Of a stretch of DNA of 64,000 bases, positions 8,343-16,412 are shown piece by piece. How positions within the stretch are numbered: the stretch's first letter is position 1; each line of letters opens with the position of its first letter. The translations under genes and the position numbers were made by a program. The DNA lies in IMG/VR virus record IMGVR_UViG_3300044719_000253, positions 32,001 through 96,000 of that record; one strand, written 5' to 3'. Source of the DNA: a virus. Taxonomy: Duplodnaviria > Caudoviricetes. The notes beneath the pieces are model-generated. The model was not told the DNA's origin. It was given only the letters and a program-made list of their open reading frames with translations, and made no database searches.

Positions 8343-8996
8343 TTACTTTTTGTAGGACGGAGCTTTGTAACCGTAACTCGGCGACGGTTTCGGGGCTGGC
8401 AGGGCGATGGGCTTGGCCAGGGAAACCCGGGGTGCCGGTTGCTTGTATGCCACCGCAGTATAGGCCGATGGTTTGTAATTCGCGGCCGGTGTGGGTGACG
8501 TGGGTATGGTCACGGTTTTCGGGGCGGTCAATGCCGAGGCAGTCATGGTGGGTGTCGGGCTGACTGTACCGGGCGCAGCATAGCTCGGCTTTACGGCTGC
8601 AGGGGCCGGCGTCAGCGGTGTCGGAGCGGGAGCAGAGGCCGGGGTAGCAGCAGCCGGCGGGGTGGTCTTGGCATCGGCAGCGTGGTTATTAACGATCACC
8701 GTCTTGTTGACTTGCGTCACGTGGGTCACGTTCTGCTGCACGGTCGGACGGTTGTCGTAGACCGGATGGGCGCCGCGATCGCGATCGGTGAGGGCCATGG
8801 TAGCGACCGCGCCAAGGGCGGCGCCGGCGACCAGTGCGGTACCGGTGTTGTCCGATTGCTGTACGACCACGGGAGCTTGGGCGGGAGCCGGGGCTTGTTG
8901 GACGACTGGGGGTTGTTGGTATTGGACTTGAGGAGGCTGATCGTTACCGCACGCGACGAGGGTGAGCAACGCCAGAATGGTGAAGAGCTTTTTCAT
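8343..8996 (-). CDS. Pro/Ala/Thr-rich lipoprotein
   Basis: Signal peptide MKKLFTILALLTLVA-C with lipobox, hydrophobic ALVAGAALGAVATMAL, disordered Pro-rich tail. Confidence 0.8.
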   Translation of the reverse strand: MKKLFTILALLTLVACGNDQPPQVQYQQPPVVQQAPAPAQAPVVVQQSDNTGTALVAGAALGAVATMALTDRDRGAHPVYDNRPTVQQNVTHVTQVNKTVIVNNHAADAKTTPPAAATPASAPAPTPLTPAPAAVKPSYAAPGTVSPTPTMTASALTAPKTVTIPTSPTPAANYKPSAYTAVAYKQPAPRVSLAKPIALPAPKPSPSYGYKAPSYKK

Positions 8997-9030
8997 GTTA
9001 TTCCTTATGGATGTAGTTATGGCATAAAGA

Positions 9031-9052
9031 CCCTAGCCCCTTCGGGCTAGGG
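9031..9052 (-). terminator. hairpin terminator after nadV
   Basis: CCCTAGCCC-CTTC-GGGCTAGGG; minus strand continues TCTTTATG. Confidence 0.7.
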
Positions 9053-9062
9053 CTTCATGATG

Positions 9063-10610
9063 TTACGCTACTGCGGCGACAGCATCGACCGATTGCGCGA
9101 ACGCCAAACGATTCGCCGCTTTGTCGATAGCACCTTTCTGCGCATTGGCGCGGGTGTCATCGAACGATTGACGCCAGTCACGATAGCCCTTGTCGAGCCA
9201 GCGACGGTGTCCAGGACCCGGCACGAACATCTCGTAGAGACTGTTCGATACCAGGGCGTCGAAGGTTTCGAGTTCACCGTTGTCGTTTTCACGATTACGG
9301 ATCAACCCCGACAGCGACTTCTTACCCAGGTCCGACTTCGGTTCCTTGAGCACGCGTTCCCACGATTCGCAGCGTTTCGCGATCGTCTTCATGCTGAAGC
9401 TCAGTTTGTCACGGGAACCTTCGTTGGTGATGCCGGCACCCATGCCGAGCAGGAAGTTATTGGTGGAGAACTTGTGGTCCACCACCGCTGCCCGCACGAC
9501 GGGTTCGAAAGTGCTGACGTTCATGCCGTCACCATACAGTGCCCCGATGCATGGGGGCAGGTCTTGGTAACCAGCCGCGTTCACGGTTGTGCCGAAGATG
9601 TCCTTCAGCCAGCCGAGCACTTGTGGCAACTTCTTCTTGGGGATGCCCGAATCCGGACGGATGACCAAACGGCCACCCGAGTTTTCGATTTCCACCTTGA
9701 AGCCAGCGACGTACACCGTGACGAAACGTTCATCGTCGTAGGTATCAGGCACCGTCGAGATCACCGGGATACCGATGCCGCGTTTGCTACGCTCGACCAC
9801 CGCGTTCAAGCGCCGCATCACCATCTGCATGCCGCCGAAATCGTCACGCGTTGCCGCGTCCGAGTTCAGGCAGACCGTCGTGTGTTCCGTGGCTTCCACC
9901 GAGCTGGTGTAGGCCTTGGGCGTGTTGTAGAGCGTCTTGATGTAACGATTGGCGCGACCACAATCACTGCCCAGGAACAGCATCGCGTGTGCAATGCCTT
10001 TCAGGACGGGGGTTTCATCTGGACCATCTGCACCACGATCACCGAAGTTGTGGATCAGATATTCCAGCATGTTGATGTTACCACCGGACAGGAGTACGTA
10101 GTACGCCATAGTGGTGAACATGTAGCGGCAGATGGTGGCCGTATAGGTCATCGACCACGACACCGACTGGATCACTGGCTCGAAGTACGGGACCAACCAC
10201 GCAGTGTGGTCATCGTCTTCGTTGGTCACCAGCAGAATCGGCGTCTGGGGCTTAACCACACGACCTTCTTCAACCCCGAACATGGTCAGAGGAATCCGAC
10301 CGCCGTAGGTGCGAAGGATGTACTCCCAGCCTTCGCGGTTGAAGTGATAGCCCTGCTCGGTAATTTCGACTTCTGCTTCGTCGATCATCCATTGTTCGAG
10401 ACGCGCCGTGGCGAACACGTGAGCGATGAACGTTTGTCCGGCGGCCACGATGTCGTCCGTGATCAGCGCGCCGTTGTCGTCGAACAGCGGTTTACGCGGC
10501 ACCACAGCTGAAACCAGCTGCTTCACACCAAAGGGAATTTCTTCCCAGTGGGCAAATTTGTAGGTGTCGCACCAGAGGATGATGTTGAAGGGTTTTACGA
10601 GTTCCAGCAT
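9063..10610 (-). CDS. nadV: nicotinamide phosphoribosyltransferase (NAMPT/NadV)
   Basis: DTYK, HNFGDRG, GSDC, ATEHTT (phospho-His site), DTYD, VIRPDSG, GDG, RDKLSFSMK, KSDLGKKS. Confidence 0.9.
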   Translation of the reverse strand: MLELVKPFNIILWCDTYKFAHWEEIPFGVKQLVSAVVPRKPLFDDNGALITDDIVAAGQTFIAHVFATARLEQWMIDEAEVEITEQGYHFNREGWEYILRTYGGRIPLTMFGVEEGRVVKPQTPILLVTNEDDDHTAWLVPYFEPVIQSVSWSMTYTATICRYMFTTMAYYVLLSGGNINMLEYLIHNFGDRGADGPDETPVLKGIAHAMLFLGSDCGRANRYIKTLYNTPKAYTSSVEATEHTTVCLNSDAATRDDFGGMQMVMRRLNAVVERSKRGIGIPVISTVPDTYDDERFVTVYVAGFKVEIENSGGRLVIRPDSGIPKKKLPQVLGWLKDIFGTTVNAAGYQDLPPCIGALYGDGMNVSTFEPVVRAAVVDHKFSTNNFLLGMGAGITNEGSRDKLSFSMKTIAKRCESWERVLKEPKSDLGKKSLSGLIRNRENDNGELETFDALVSNSLYEMFVPGPGHRRWLDKGYRDWRQSFDDTRANAQKGAIDKAANRLAFAQSVDAVAAVA

Positions 10611-10698
10611 GATAATTGGCTCCCAATTATTTACTTCACCGGTAAGGGACCGGCAACCCTCATGGCATCTGCCACTAATCTGTACTGCTGCTTGTTAC

Positions 10699-11826
10699 TT
10701 ACGCCGTGAAGAAATCCACGATGTCGTTGTGGTCGTCCCACATCTTGACACGACCGCTGATGATGTCGTACTTAGGGATCCAGCGGATCCCGCCATTCGG
10801 CAACGTCGGATGGGCGGCATCGTCACCACCGTTGGCACGGGGGAACTTACCGTCACGCGCTTCGATCTTGATGTACACGCCCAGCGTCGACTTCGGTACC
10901 GAAGACAAAGTCCGGCCCGGGTGATCGAACAGATGGGTTTGTTGGACGCAGTTACGGATTGTTTGTTCCGGCACCCGCAAGTTGGTCTCTTCGAACAGTT
11001 CCCGAATGGCGGTGTTAAACGCCGTTTCGTTCGTGTTCTTGTGACCACCTGGCAAAGCGACTTGCCCATAACCGAGTTCCCCGGCCCGGGTCACGGTCAG
11101 GATATGGCCGGCGCATTCCACGATAGCGTCACCGCACATGACATTCAACGCTTCCGGGTACGGATAGTTCTTGAACTTCTCCGGTTCCGTGTGCGTCAAA
11201 TAGTACCAGTCACGCTGCAACGGCTCGTTGAACTGGTGACCGTCGCGCAGGTAGTCGTACATCTCGGGGACCAAATGGTCTTGGAGACGCAGACCGCCCG
11301 GTGCAGTTTGCGAATGACGGAACCACAGCTCGCGCAGCCGTGTCGCATCGATGTCTTCGACCTTCCCCACGTCCTTGGTCTTCCACTGCGGGAAGGAGTT
11401 CATGTAGTAGGTCGATTCATCCTTGTCGGTACCGTACAGCGTGATCCGATCGGGATGGATACCGACTTGCTCGGCGTAGACTTCAGCATTCTGGTACACC
11501 CGCATCTTCCACCGTTCCTCGTTGTAGAGGGTGTCGTTCAGTGGCACGACCATGAATTGCCCATTCGGTTTGATCCGTTCGAGCACCTTAGTCATGAGCA
11601 TGGCACGGATGGCGTACTCGTGCGGGTTTTTCTTGGACACGCAACGATTCGCCGAACCGATCATGACCAGCAGATAGTCATTCTCAGCGGCCATGATGCG
11701 CAGGGTACGTTCATGCTGACGATGGATGAACGAGAAACGCCCGATCATCACACCCAACTTGGGCTTGGAAACAAATACTTCTGGTGCAGCGTGTTGCATT
11801 TTTCGACTCCCGAAAAATAAGCGCAT
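10699..11826 (-). CDS. nadM: bifunctional NMN adenylyltransferase / ADP-ribose pyrophosphatase (NadM-Nudix)
   Basis: IGRFSFIHRQH, IGSAN..KNP, YYMNSFPQW, DATRLR; Nudix box LPGG...ETAFNTAIRELFEET; GGDDA; DHNDII. Alternative start at 11799. Confidence 0.9.
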   Translation of the reverse strand: MRLFFGSRKMQHAAPEVFVSKPKLGVMIGRFSFIHRQHERTLRIMAAENDYLLVMIGSANRCVSKKNPHEYAIRAMLMTKVLERIKPNGQFMVVPLNDTLYNEERWKMRVYQNAEVYAEQVGIHPDRITLYGTDKDESTYYMNSFPQWKTKDVGKVEDIDATRLRELWFRHSQTAPGGLRLQDHLVPEMYDYLRDGHQFNEPLQRDWYYLTHTEPEKFKNYPYPEALNVMCGDAIVECAGHILTVTRAGELGYGQVALPGGHKNTNETAFNTAIRELFEETNLRVPEQTIRNCVQQTHLFDHPGRTLSSVPKSTLGVYIKIEARDGKFPRANGGDDAAHPTLPNGGIRWIPKYDIISGRVKMWDDHNDIVDFFTA

Positions 11827-11929
11827 CTTTCCTAGGTGCTAGTGGGCGGCGCGGTTCCCATTGGTTCAGAGCATGTTACGCATCAATAAAAAATTCCTGA
11901 TAAGCAACATCGAATTTCTGCTCACCTGA

Positions 11930-11937
11930 GTGATATA
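11930..11937 (-). promoter_or_regulatory. candidate early (virion RNAP) promoter TATATCAC
   Basis: One mismatch to the phiKZ early consensus TATATTAC, T-run upstream, directly behind a hairpin, repeated at 20897. Confidence 0.6.
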
Positions 11938-11965
11938 GACGCAAAAAATAATAGAACGGTATAGC

Positions 11966-11991
11966 CCCTAGCCACCTGTAGGTGGCTAGGG
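11966..11991. terminator. GC-rich hairpin
   Basis: CCCTAGCCACC-TGTA-GGTGGCTAGGG just past the stop at 11998. Confidence 0.7.
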
Positions 11992-11997
11992 TAAATA

Positions 11998-12285
11998 TTA
12001 CAGCTTGACGCAGGACAGAGAAACCGGCTTCTCGTAACTGATACCACCGTAAGGCGAAACAGCGCTACATTGCACACCGTTGTAAATCCAGGTACTTACA
12101 TGGAATGTTTGACTGGTCGCATTGGTGTACTTGAACTCACTCACCGGCGGAGCAATAGCGCCCGCTTGTGCCGAATGGGCAAAGAACACTTGGTTCGTCA
12201 ACCATCCCACTACGAAGGCGAGAAACACCCACTTGAACAGCTCACTGCTCAATTCTTTCCATGCTTTCTTTTGATCGTAGGTCAT
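11998..12285 (-). CDS. small membrane protein with C-terminal Cys pair
   Basis: Hydrophobic LFKWVFLAFVVGWL, then C...C at the C-terminus. Confidence 0.7.
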   Translation of the reverse strand: MTYDQKKAWKELSSELFKWVFLAFVVGWLTNQVFFAHSAQAGAIAPPVSEFKYTNATSQTFHVSTWIYNGVQCSAVSPYGGISYEKPVSLSCVKL

Positions 12286-12288
12286 GGG

Positions 12289-13359
12289 TTACTCCCAGTC
12301 CAACGTGGTGGACACTTTGTTTTCGACAGGGGCCGAGGTGACTTGACGGCTTTCTTGCAGACCAAGCGCGTGTGCCATCCACGGGAACGGGTTGGCTTGC
12401 GGTTGGAAGATCGTACCCAGGCCGAGCTTGCTCGCCATGCGATTCGCCACGTGTTGCAGCAAATAGCTGTACTGGTGCGCCGGCACAGTGTCTTCGGGCA
12501 ACGCCGTAGCGATAGCGTGGGCCGCTTCCAGCGATACAGCTTCCTTAAACCTCAGTCTGATCAAATCAACCAGCTCCGTGGTCCAGATCTGCGGGTTCTC
12601 GTTCCTGATCGCTTGGATCACTTCGAGACCGAATTCGACTTGGGTTTGCTGATCACGCAGCATCAGCGAGAATTGCTGGACCAGATCCGGAAGTTCGTTT
12701 TGCAGACCATGCGCGAGAATGCGGGTAAAGTCGACAATCGAGAACAAACCCTTCATCGCGCAAGTGTACGTGACCAGCTCAAGTACGAACACGCCCGCAT
12801 CCACCGAAGTGTCGGTACGGAACTTTGGATCGCCCAACACATTTGCAGTCAGCTGCGCGTAGCGTTGTTTGTCATGGAACGATGTCGGTTGGTTAGCCGG
12901 ATCGAGCAACACGTCTTCGTTCAGCTTGAGCCGTTCGACGATATGAGCATAAGCGTGCGGTACGAGCGCTTCTTCGAAGCCCTGCCGCAGGATATACTGA
13001 CGTGCTTCCGGCGCCGTGATATGACGATAGATATTCATGGCCAAACTGCCGGCGGCGCCAACGGTTTGCACCATCGCGCCCACGGTCCGTTCGATACGTT
13101 TCAGTTCGAACGGCGTGATCATACCAGCCTCGATCTGCGCCGCGTCGGTATCCATCTTGTACTCTTGCGGCATCCAGTGGTTGTTGCAGCTGTCATTGTA
13201 CATCTGCCAGGCCCACTTGTACTTGAACGGCACTAACTGGTTAACGTCGGTGGTCGCATTGATCATGCGCTTGTCCGACGCATTCACACGCTGCGAGGTG
13301 TCGACATTCGGATCGACCGGTTGGACTGATACTGCTTCTTCATCAAAATTCAACTGCAT
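12289..13359 (-). CDS. nrdB: ribonucleotide reductase beta-subunit homolog with degenerate metal site (probable pseudo-enzyme)
   Basis: RVNASDKRMIN..DVNQLVPFKYKWAW, NHWMPQE, YRHITAPEARQYILRQGFEEA, NPFPWM, terminal LDWE. Ligand motifs altered (ALVPHAY, MKG, RDQQTQ). Confidence 0.9.
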   Translation of the reverse strand: MQLNFDEEAVSVQPVDPNVDTSQRVNASDKRMINATTDVNQLVPFKYKWAWQMYNDSCNNHWMPQEYKMDTDAAQIEAGMITPFELKRIERTVGAMVQTVGAAGSLAMNIYRHITAPEARQYILRQGFEEALVPHAYAHIVERLKLNEDVLLDPANQPTSFHDKQRYAQLTANVLGDPKFRTDTSVDAGVFVLELVTYTCAMKGLFSIVDFTRILAHGLQNELPDLVQQFSLMLRDQQTQVEFGLEVIQAIRNENPQIWTTELVDLIRLRFKEAVSLEAAHAIATALPEDTVPAHQYSYLLQHVANRMASKLGLGTIFQPQANPFPWMAHALGLQESRQVTSAPVENKVSTTLDWE

Positions 13360-13367
13360 GATATTCC

Positions 13368-13583
13368 CTAGTTTTTAATAAACAGATCGATGTCTTTTTC
13401 TTCCCATAAGCCATTGTCGCATTGATACCAAGGGTTGTCACGATAGGTATCGACTCGCGTACATTGGTGGCTTAAAATGAAGGTGGCTTTTCTTTTATCT
13501 TGCGTGTAATTTCGATAAATTGTAAACACAATGAGCAGTACGCTAACGGCAGCGCACCATTTAGCTACCTGTTTATCTTTCAT
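13368..13583 (-). CDS. small single-TM protein, HxC...YxCxxG family (copy 3)
   Basis: TM then FILSHQC...WYQCDNG. Confidence 0.75.
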   Translation of the reverse strand: MKDKQVAKWCAAVSVLLIVFTIYRNYTQDKRKATFILSHQCTRVDTYRDNPWYQCDNGLWEEKDIDLFIKN

Positions 13584-13831
13584 GAACCCGTTTCCTTTCG
13601 CAGATCGTTTTCCAGATGCAGACCATTGTCACACCGGTACACGGATTGGGATGGTTGACCAACCCGTCCCAACTCACGGCAGTGGTGTTGATCCAGATAC
13701 TGAATCAGATTGCGATCTTGATAGAGATGATGCTGGTAAAAACCATACACTACTCCACCAAAGAACGCAATCAAAATCCACTGAATGACCAAGTCACGGT
13801 AATTGAACCAAAAACGTCGAAAGAGATTCAT
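13580..13831 (-). CDS. small single-TM protein, HxC...YxCxxG family (copy 2)
   Basis: TM then YLDQHHC...VYRCDNG; ATGA overlaps. Confidence 0.75.
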   Translation of the reverse strand: MNLFRRFWFNYRDLVIQWILIAFFGGVVYGFYQHHLYQDRNLIQYLDQHHCRELGRVGQPSQSVYRCDNGLHLENDLRKETGS

Positions 13832-14130
13832 TTCAGTGCTTTCTCACGCAGTTCGAAGTCGAGCATCCGCCCGTCAGCGCACTGGTACACCGCACGCTTC
13901 TTGCGATCGCCACCCATGAAACTGTCGATCTTGCATTGGTGCCCATCGATATACGTCAACACTTTTCGGTCGTCTTCTTTACCGACTTTGTTGGACCAGA
14001 CGACGAGCCCCAGCACAACCACCAGAATGATCAAGAGAACCACCGCTCCAGCTGGAGTGAGGCTATCAGAACCGCTGGAGCTGCCGGCAAAGAAGAAATC
14101 ACTGCTGTCACTATCATTATCCCAGGACAT
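13828..14130 (-). CDS. small single-TM protein, HxC...YxCxxG family (copy 1)
   Basis: TM then YIDGHQC...VYQCADG. Confidence 0.75.
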   Translation of the reverse strand: MSWDNDSDSSDFFFAGSSSGSDSLTPAGAVVLLIILVVVLGLVVWSNKVGKEDDRKVLTYIDGHQCKIDSFMGGDRKKRAVYQCADGRMLDFELREKALK

Positions 14131-14148
14131 ATCAACCTTTCTTTTTTG

Positions 14149-15216
14149 TTAAACCACCATTGGCGGAACAGGTGTTTTCAGAATGTGGGGATCATATCCT
14201 TCAAGCTTGAAGTCGTTGGGTTCCACCCACTTGAGCCAATTGACGGCTTCCTCCGTCGCTTTGTCTTTACCGACACGAATGACCAGTTCCTCATAAGTCG
14301 GTACACGGGGGTCGATATGAAGCGTCGGCGCTTCCTTGGCCTCGTTCGATAACAGCTCGGTTAGGTACTCTACTTGATTTTCATAAACGTGGGCGTCACC
14401 GATGAAATACGAAAGCTTCTTCGGTTTATAACCGGTCAGGTGGCCGACGATATGCATGAACAGCGCAGCTTCCGCCATGTTGAACGGTGCGCCGAGGCCC
14501 AGATCATTGCTGCGGATGTAGAGCACCATGTTCAGTTCTTTGGTGTAGCTGTCGGGCAGGAACTGATACAACAGGTGGCAAGACGGCAGCGCGACTTGAT
14601 CCAGCAAAGCCGGGTCCCATCCGTGGAACAGAATACGGCGGGAATCTGGGTTGTTGATGATGGTCCGCACGCAGTCGCCGAGCTGGTCGATTGATTTGTG
14701 AAAAATCACCCCTTGTGGTTTGCCATCTTCCTCGAAAGTGTGACCGATAGGGAACCAGCCATCCGCATTAATTTTGGCGACGATAGCAGTATAACGGTCA
14801 AACTCCTCCGTCGCAGCATCCATCGCCGGAGATTGGATGACCTTGTAACCATCCCACTCGCGCCAGGGTTTACCGTACACCGGACCGACATCGTCGACGC
14901 CTTTACGGAAAGGATTCGACAGCCATGCGTTCGGCGTGACGCCATGTTCATTGGCGTTTTGATCCCACACTTTGCAGTTGAGGGCGCGGAAGTCTGCTGC
15001 GCTGGTCAGAGCACGCAGAAAACCACAGGCTTCACCCTTAACTGGCATGAACGCCAGTTTCTTGAGGGTAGTAGCCGGAAATGCTTTTGACACGTCGGGG
15101 AACACCATGAATTCCCCAGTGGTTTTGTAAGCGTTAACACCCGTGCGATTGGGGCGCAAGTTATCCGGCACCATCACACGCTGGAGTAATGCTTTGTATT
15201 GATCAGGTTGGTTCAT
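14149..15216 (-). CDS. thyA: thymidylate synthase
   Basis: NRTG, FPATTLKKL, GPVYG..WREW, IDQL, NPDSRR, ALPSCH, RSNDLGLGAPFN, GDAHVYENQ. Confidence 0.97.
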   Translation of the reverse strand: MNQPDQYKALLQRVMVPDNLRPNRTGVNAYKTTGEFMVFPDVSKAFPATTLKKLAFMPVKGEACGFLRALTSAADFRALNCKVWDQNANEHGVTPNAWLSNPFRKGVDDVGPVYGKPWREWDGYKVIQSPAMDAATEEFDRYTAIVAKINADGWFPIGHTFEEDGKPQGVIFHKSIDQLGDCVRTIINNPDSRRILFHGWDPALLDQVALPSCHLLYQFLPDSYTKELNMVLYIRSNDLGLGAPFNMAEAALFMHIVGHLTGYKPKKLSYFIGDAHVYENQVEYLTELLSNEAKEAPTLHIDPRVPTYEELVIRVGKDKATEEAVNWLKWVEPNDFKLEGYDPHILKTPVPPMVV

Positions 15217-15261
15217 CGTTGATTTCCTTATTGGTTATTTGTTAATTGACTTGAATGTAGT

Positions 15262-15501
15262 TCATAGCACACCTGGGATCCTGACTGCATCCAACCCAAC
15301 ATCACTCGCCGTGGCGTCGCGCCATACTCGCCGCGTGTCACGCGCACGGTCGATGTGTTCGCGTAGATTGGTCGGTGGGCGTACGACGGTTTGTTCGACT
15401 TCGACTTGTAGGATGATTTTACCAAACCATCCTTTACGAACCCGTTTGTTACCGGTAAGTGCGCCGGCGTCCCACATGGGTATTGGCATGACCATGACCA
15501 T
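15262..15501 (-). CDS. hypothetical protein
   Basis: 79 aa, AGGAG SD, packed in the operon. Confidence 0.6.
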   Translation of the reverse strand: MVMVMPIPMWDAGALTGNKRVRKGWFGKIILQVEVEQTVVRPPTNLREHIDRARDTRRVWRDATASDVGLDAVRIPGVL

Positions 15502-15504
15502 CTC

Positions 15505-15729
15505 CTATTTCACGCAATCGGTGTACATGTCCCCTTCCGCATCCGGATGGGTGATACAGACTTTGGCATCCGCAGGAATTGAATGCATTCGCACCACGGG
15601 CTTCACGACATAACCCACTGGCACCACTTGGGTGGGTTCATGCAAAACAATCGCGGTCACGATCACCCCCGACAACACGCCACCCAAAAAGAATGCGACA
15701 TTGGCCAGAGATAAGACGTAATCTTTCAT
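15505..15729 (-). CDS. small single-TM protein with C-terminal Cys pair
   Basis: Hydrophobic N-terminus; VC...DCVK C-terminus. Confidence 0.65.
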   Translation of the reverse strand: MKDYVLSLANVAFFLGGVLSGVIVTAIVLHEPTQVVPVGYVVKPVVRMHSIPADAKVCITHPDAEGDMYTDCVK

Positions 15730-16010
15730 TCGGATGACCTCGACCGCAGAGCGTATTCGAATGCAGCCACCACGACGATTACCAAGATCACCCCCACCCC
15801 GAGGGTCCAGGCACCTTGGCGGGCGTAATCATCATTCACCGTGCTGGGGTCTTCTTTCTTTTTTTCGACCGTACCCACTTGGCTAGACGTGCTCGCCTCG
15901 GGGACGTGGGTGATGATGATACGGGGGGTGGCGGGGTTGAGCGAATGTGCTTCACCGGCGTGCGTGGCAGTAACGTGCCCGCTGGCCGCGTGGCCTGCTG
16001 TTGTAACCAT
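15726..16010 (-). CDS. small protein with C-terminal TM helix
   Basis: AWTLGVGVILVIVVVAAF; AAAAGGA SD. Confidence 0.65.
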   Translation of the reverse strand: MVTTAGHAASGHVTATHAGEAHSLNPATPRIIITHVPEASTSSQVGTVEKKKEDPSTVNDDYARQGAWTLGVGVILVIVVVAAFEYALRSRSSE

Positions 16011-16118
16011 AATTGTTCCTTTTGTTCTTGGTTAAAGTCGCTGTGAATATTGTACTCGCACGTGCCCGGAAAACATACGTCGCCTTCGAGATCTTCCCGA
16101 AGGCATTTCCCGGGACAA

Positions 16119-16412
16119 TCATGCTCCTGGAGCAGATGCAGCGGCTTGGCCATGATTACCCGCCTTGGTGCGTGCTTCCCAGTTGCGTTTGAACTGCTCA
16201 ACTTGCTGCAAGCGCTGCATGAGTTTCTTGCCCTTCGCCATCAGCTCGGCGGCCTTGGCTTGCGAGATGTTACCCTGTATCGCCCGTTCGATAGACTTCA
16301 CTTCACCCAACAACGCCAGCGCGACTTTGTTAAGTTGCATGTCGTCCATCTTCTCGATACCGCGGTACATCACGCCACCGATCAACATGTTAATGTTTTG
16401 CTTCTTTTTCAT
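16119..16412 (-). CDS. helical hypothetical protein
   Basis: 97 aa, ATGA overlap with the upstream gene. Confidence 0.65.
   Translation of the reverse strand: MKKKQNINMLIGGVMYRGIEKMDDMQLNKVALALLGEVKSIERAIQGNISQAKAAELMAKGKKLMQRLQQVEQFKRNWEARTKAGNHGQAAASAPGA

Noticed and set aside
9063-11826. NARP1 pathway (Adps plus Namat)
   Set aside because: The partner gene is NadM-Nudix, not a Prs-like Adps, so the pair fits NARP2/KVP40-type salvage.
11800-11929. NAD+ riboswitch in the nadM leader
   Set aside because: No convincing conserved structure by eye; it would need an Rfam/Infernal scan.
9057-13236. Long + strand ORFs (9057-10511, 10564-11820, 12070-13236)
   Set aside because: Antisense shadows of nadV, nadM and nrdB with no recognisable motifs. 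The same applies to 28034-29932, 43275-46180, 46883-47833 and 53443-54492.
12289-13359. Class Ie (metal-free DOPA) or class Ic RNR
   Set aside because: Class Ie keeps the His residues and has VPK/QSK substitutions at other positions; class Ic keeps all ligands. Here both His and the relay Tyr are gone.
14149-15216. Base-modifying dCMP/dUMP hydroxymethylase
   Set aside because: It keeps the PFN Asn and other standard ThyA motifs, and no modification genes were seen nearby.
15836-16201. Cys-containing minus-strand ORF
   Set aside because: It overlaps two better-supported genes and has no clear SD.
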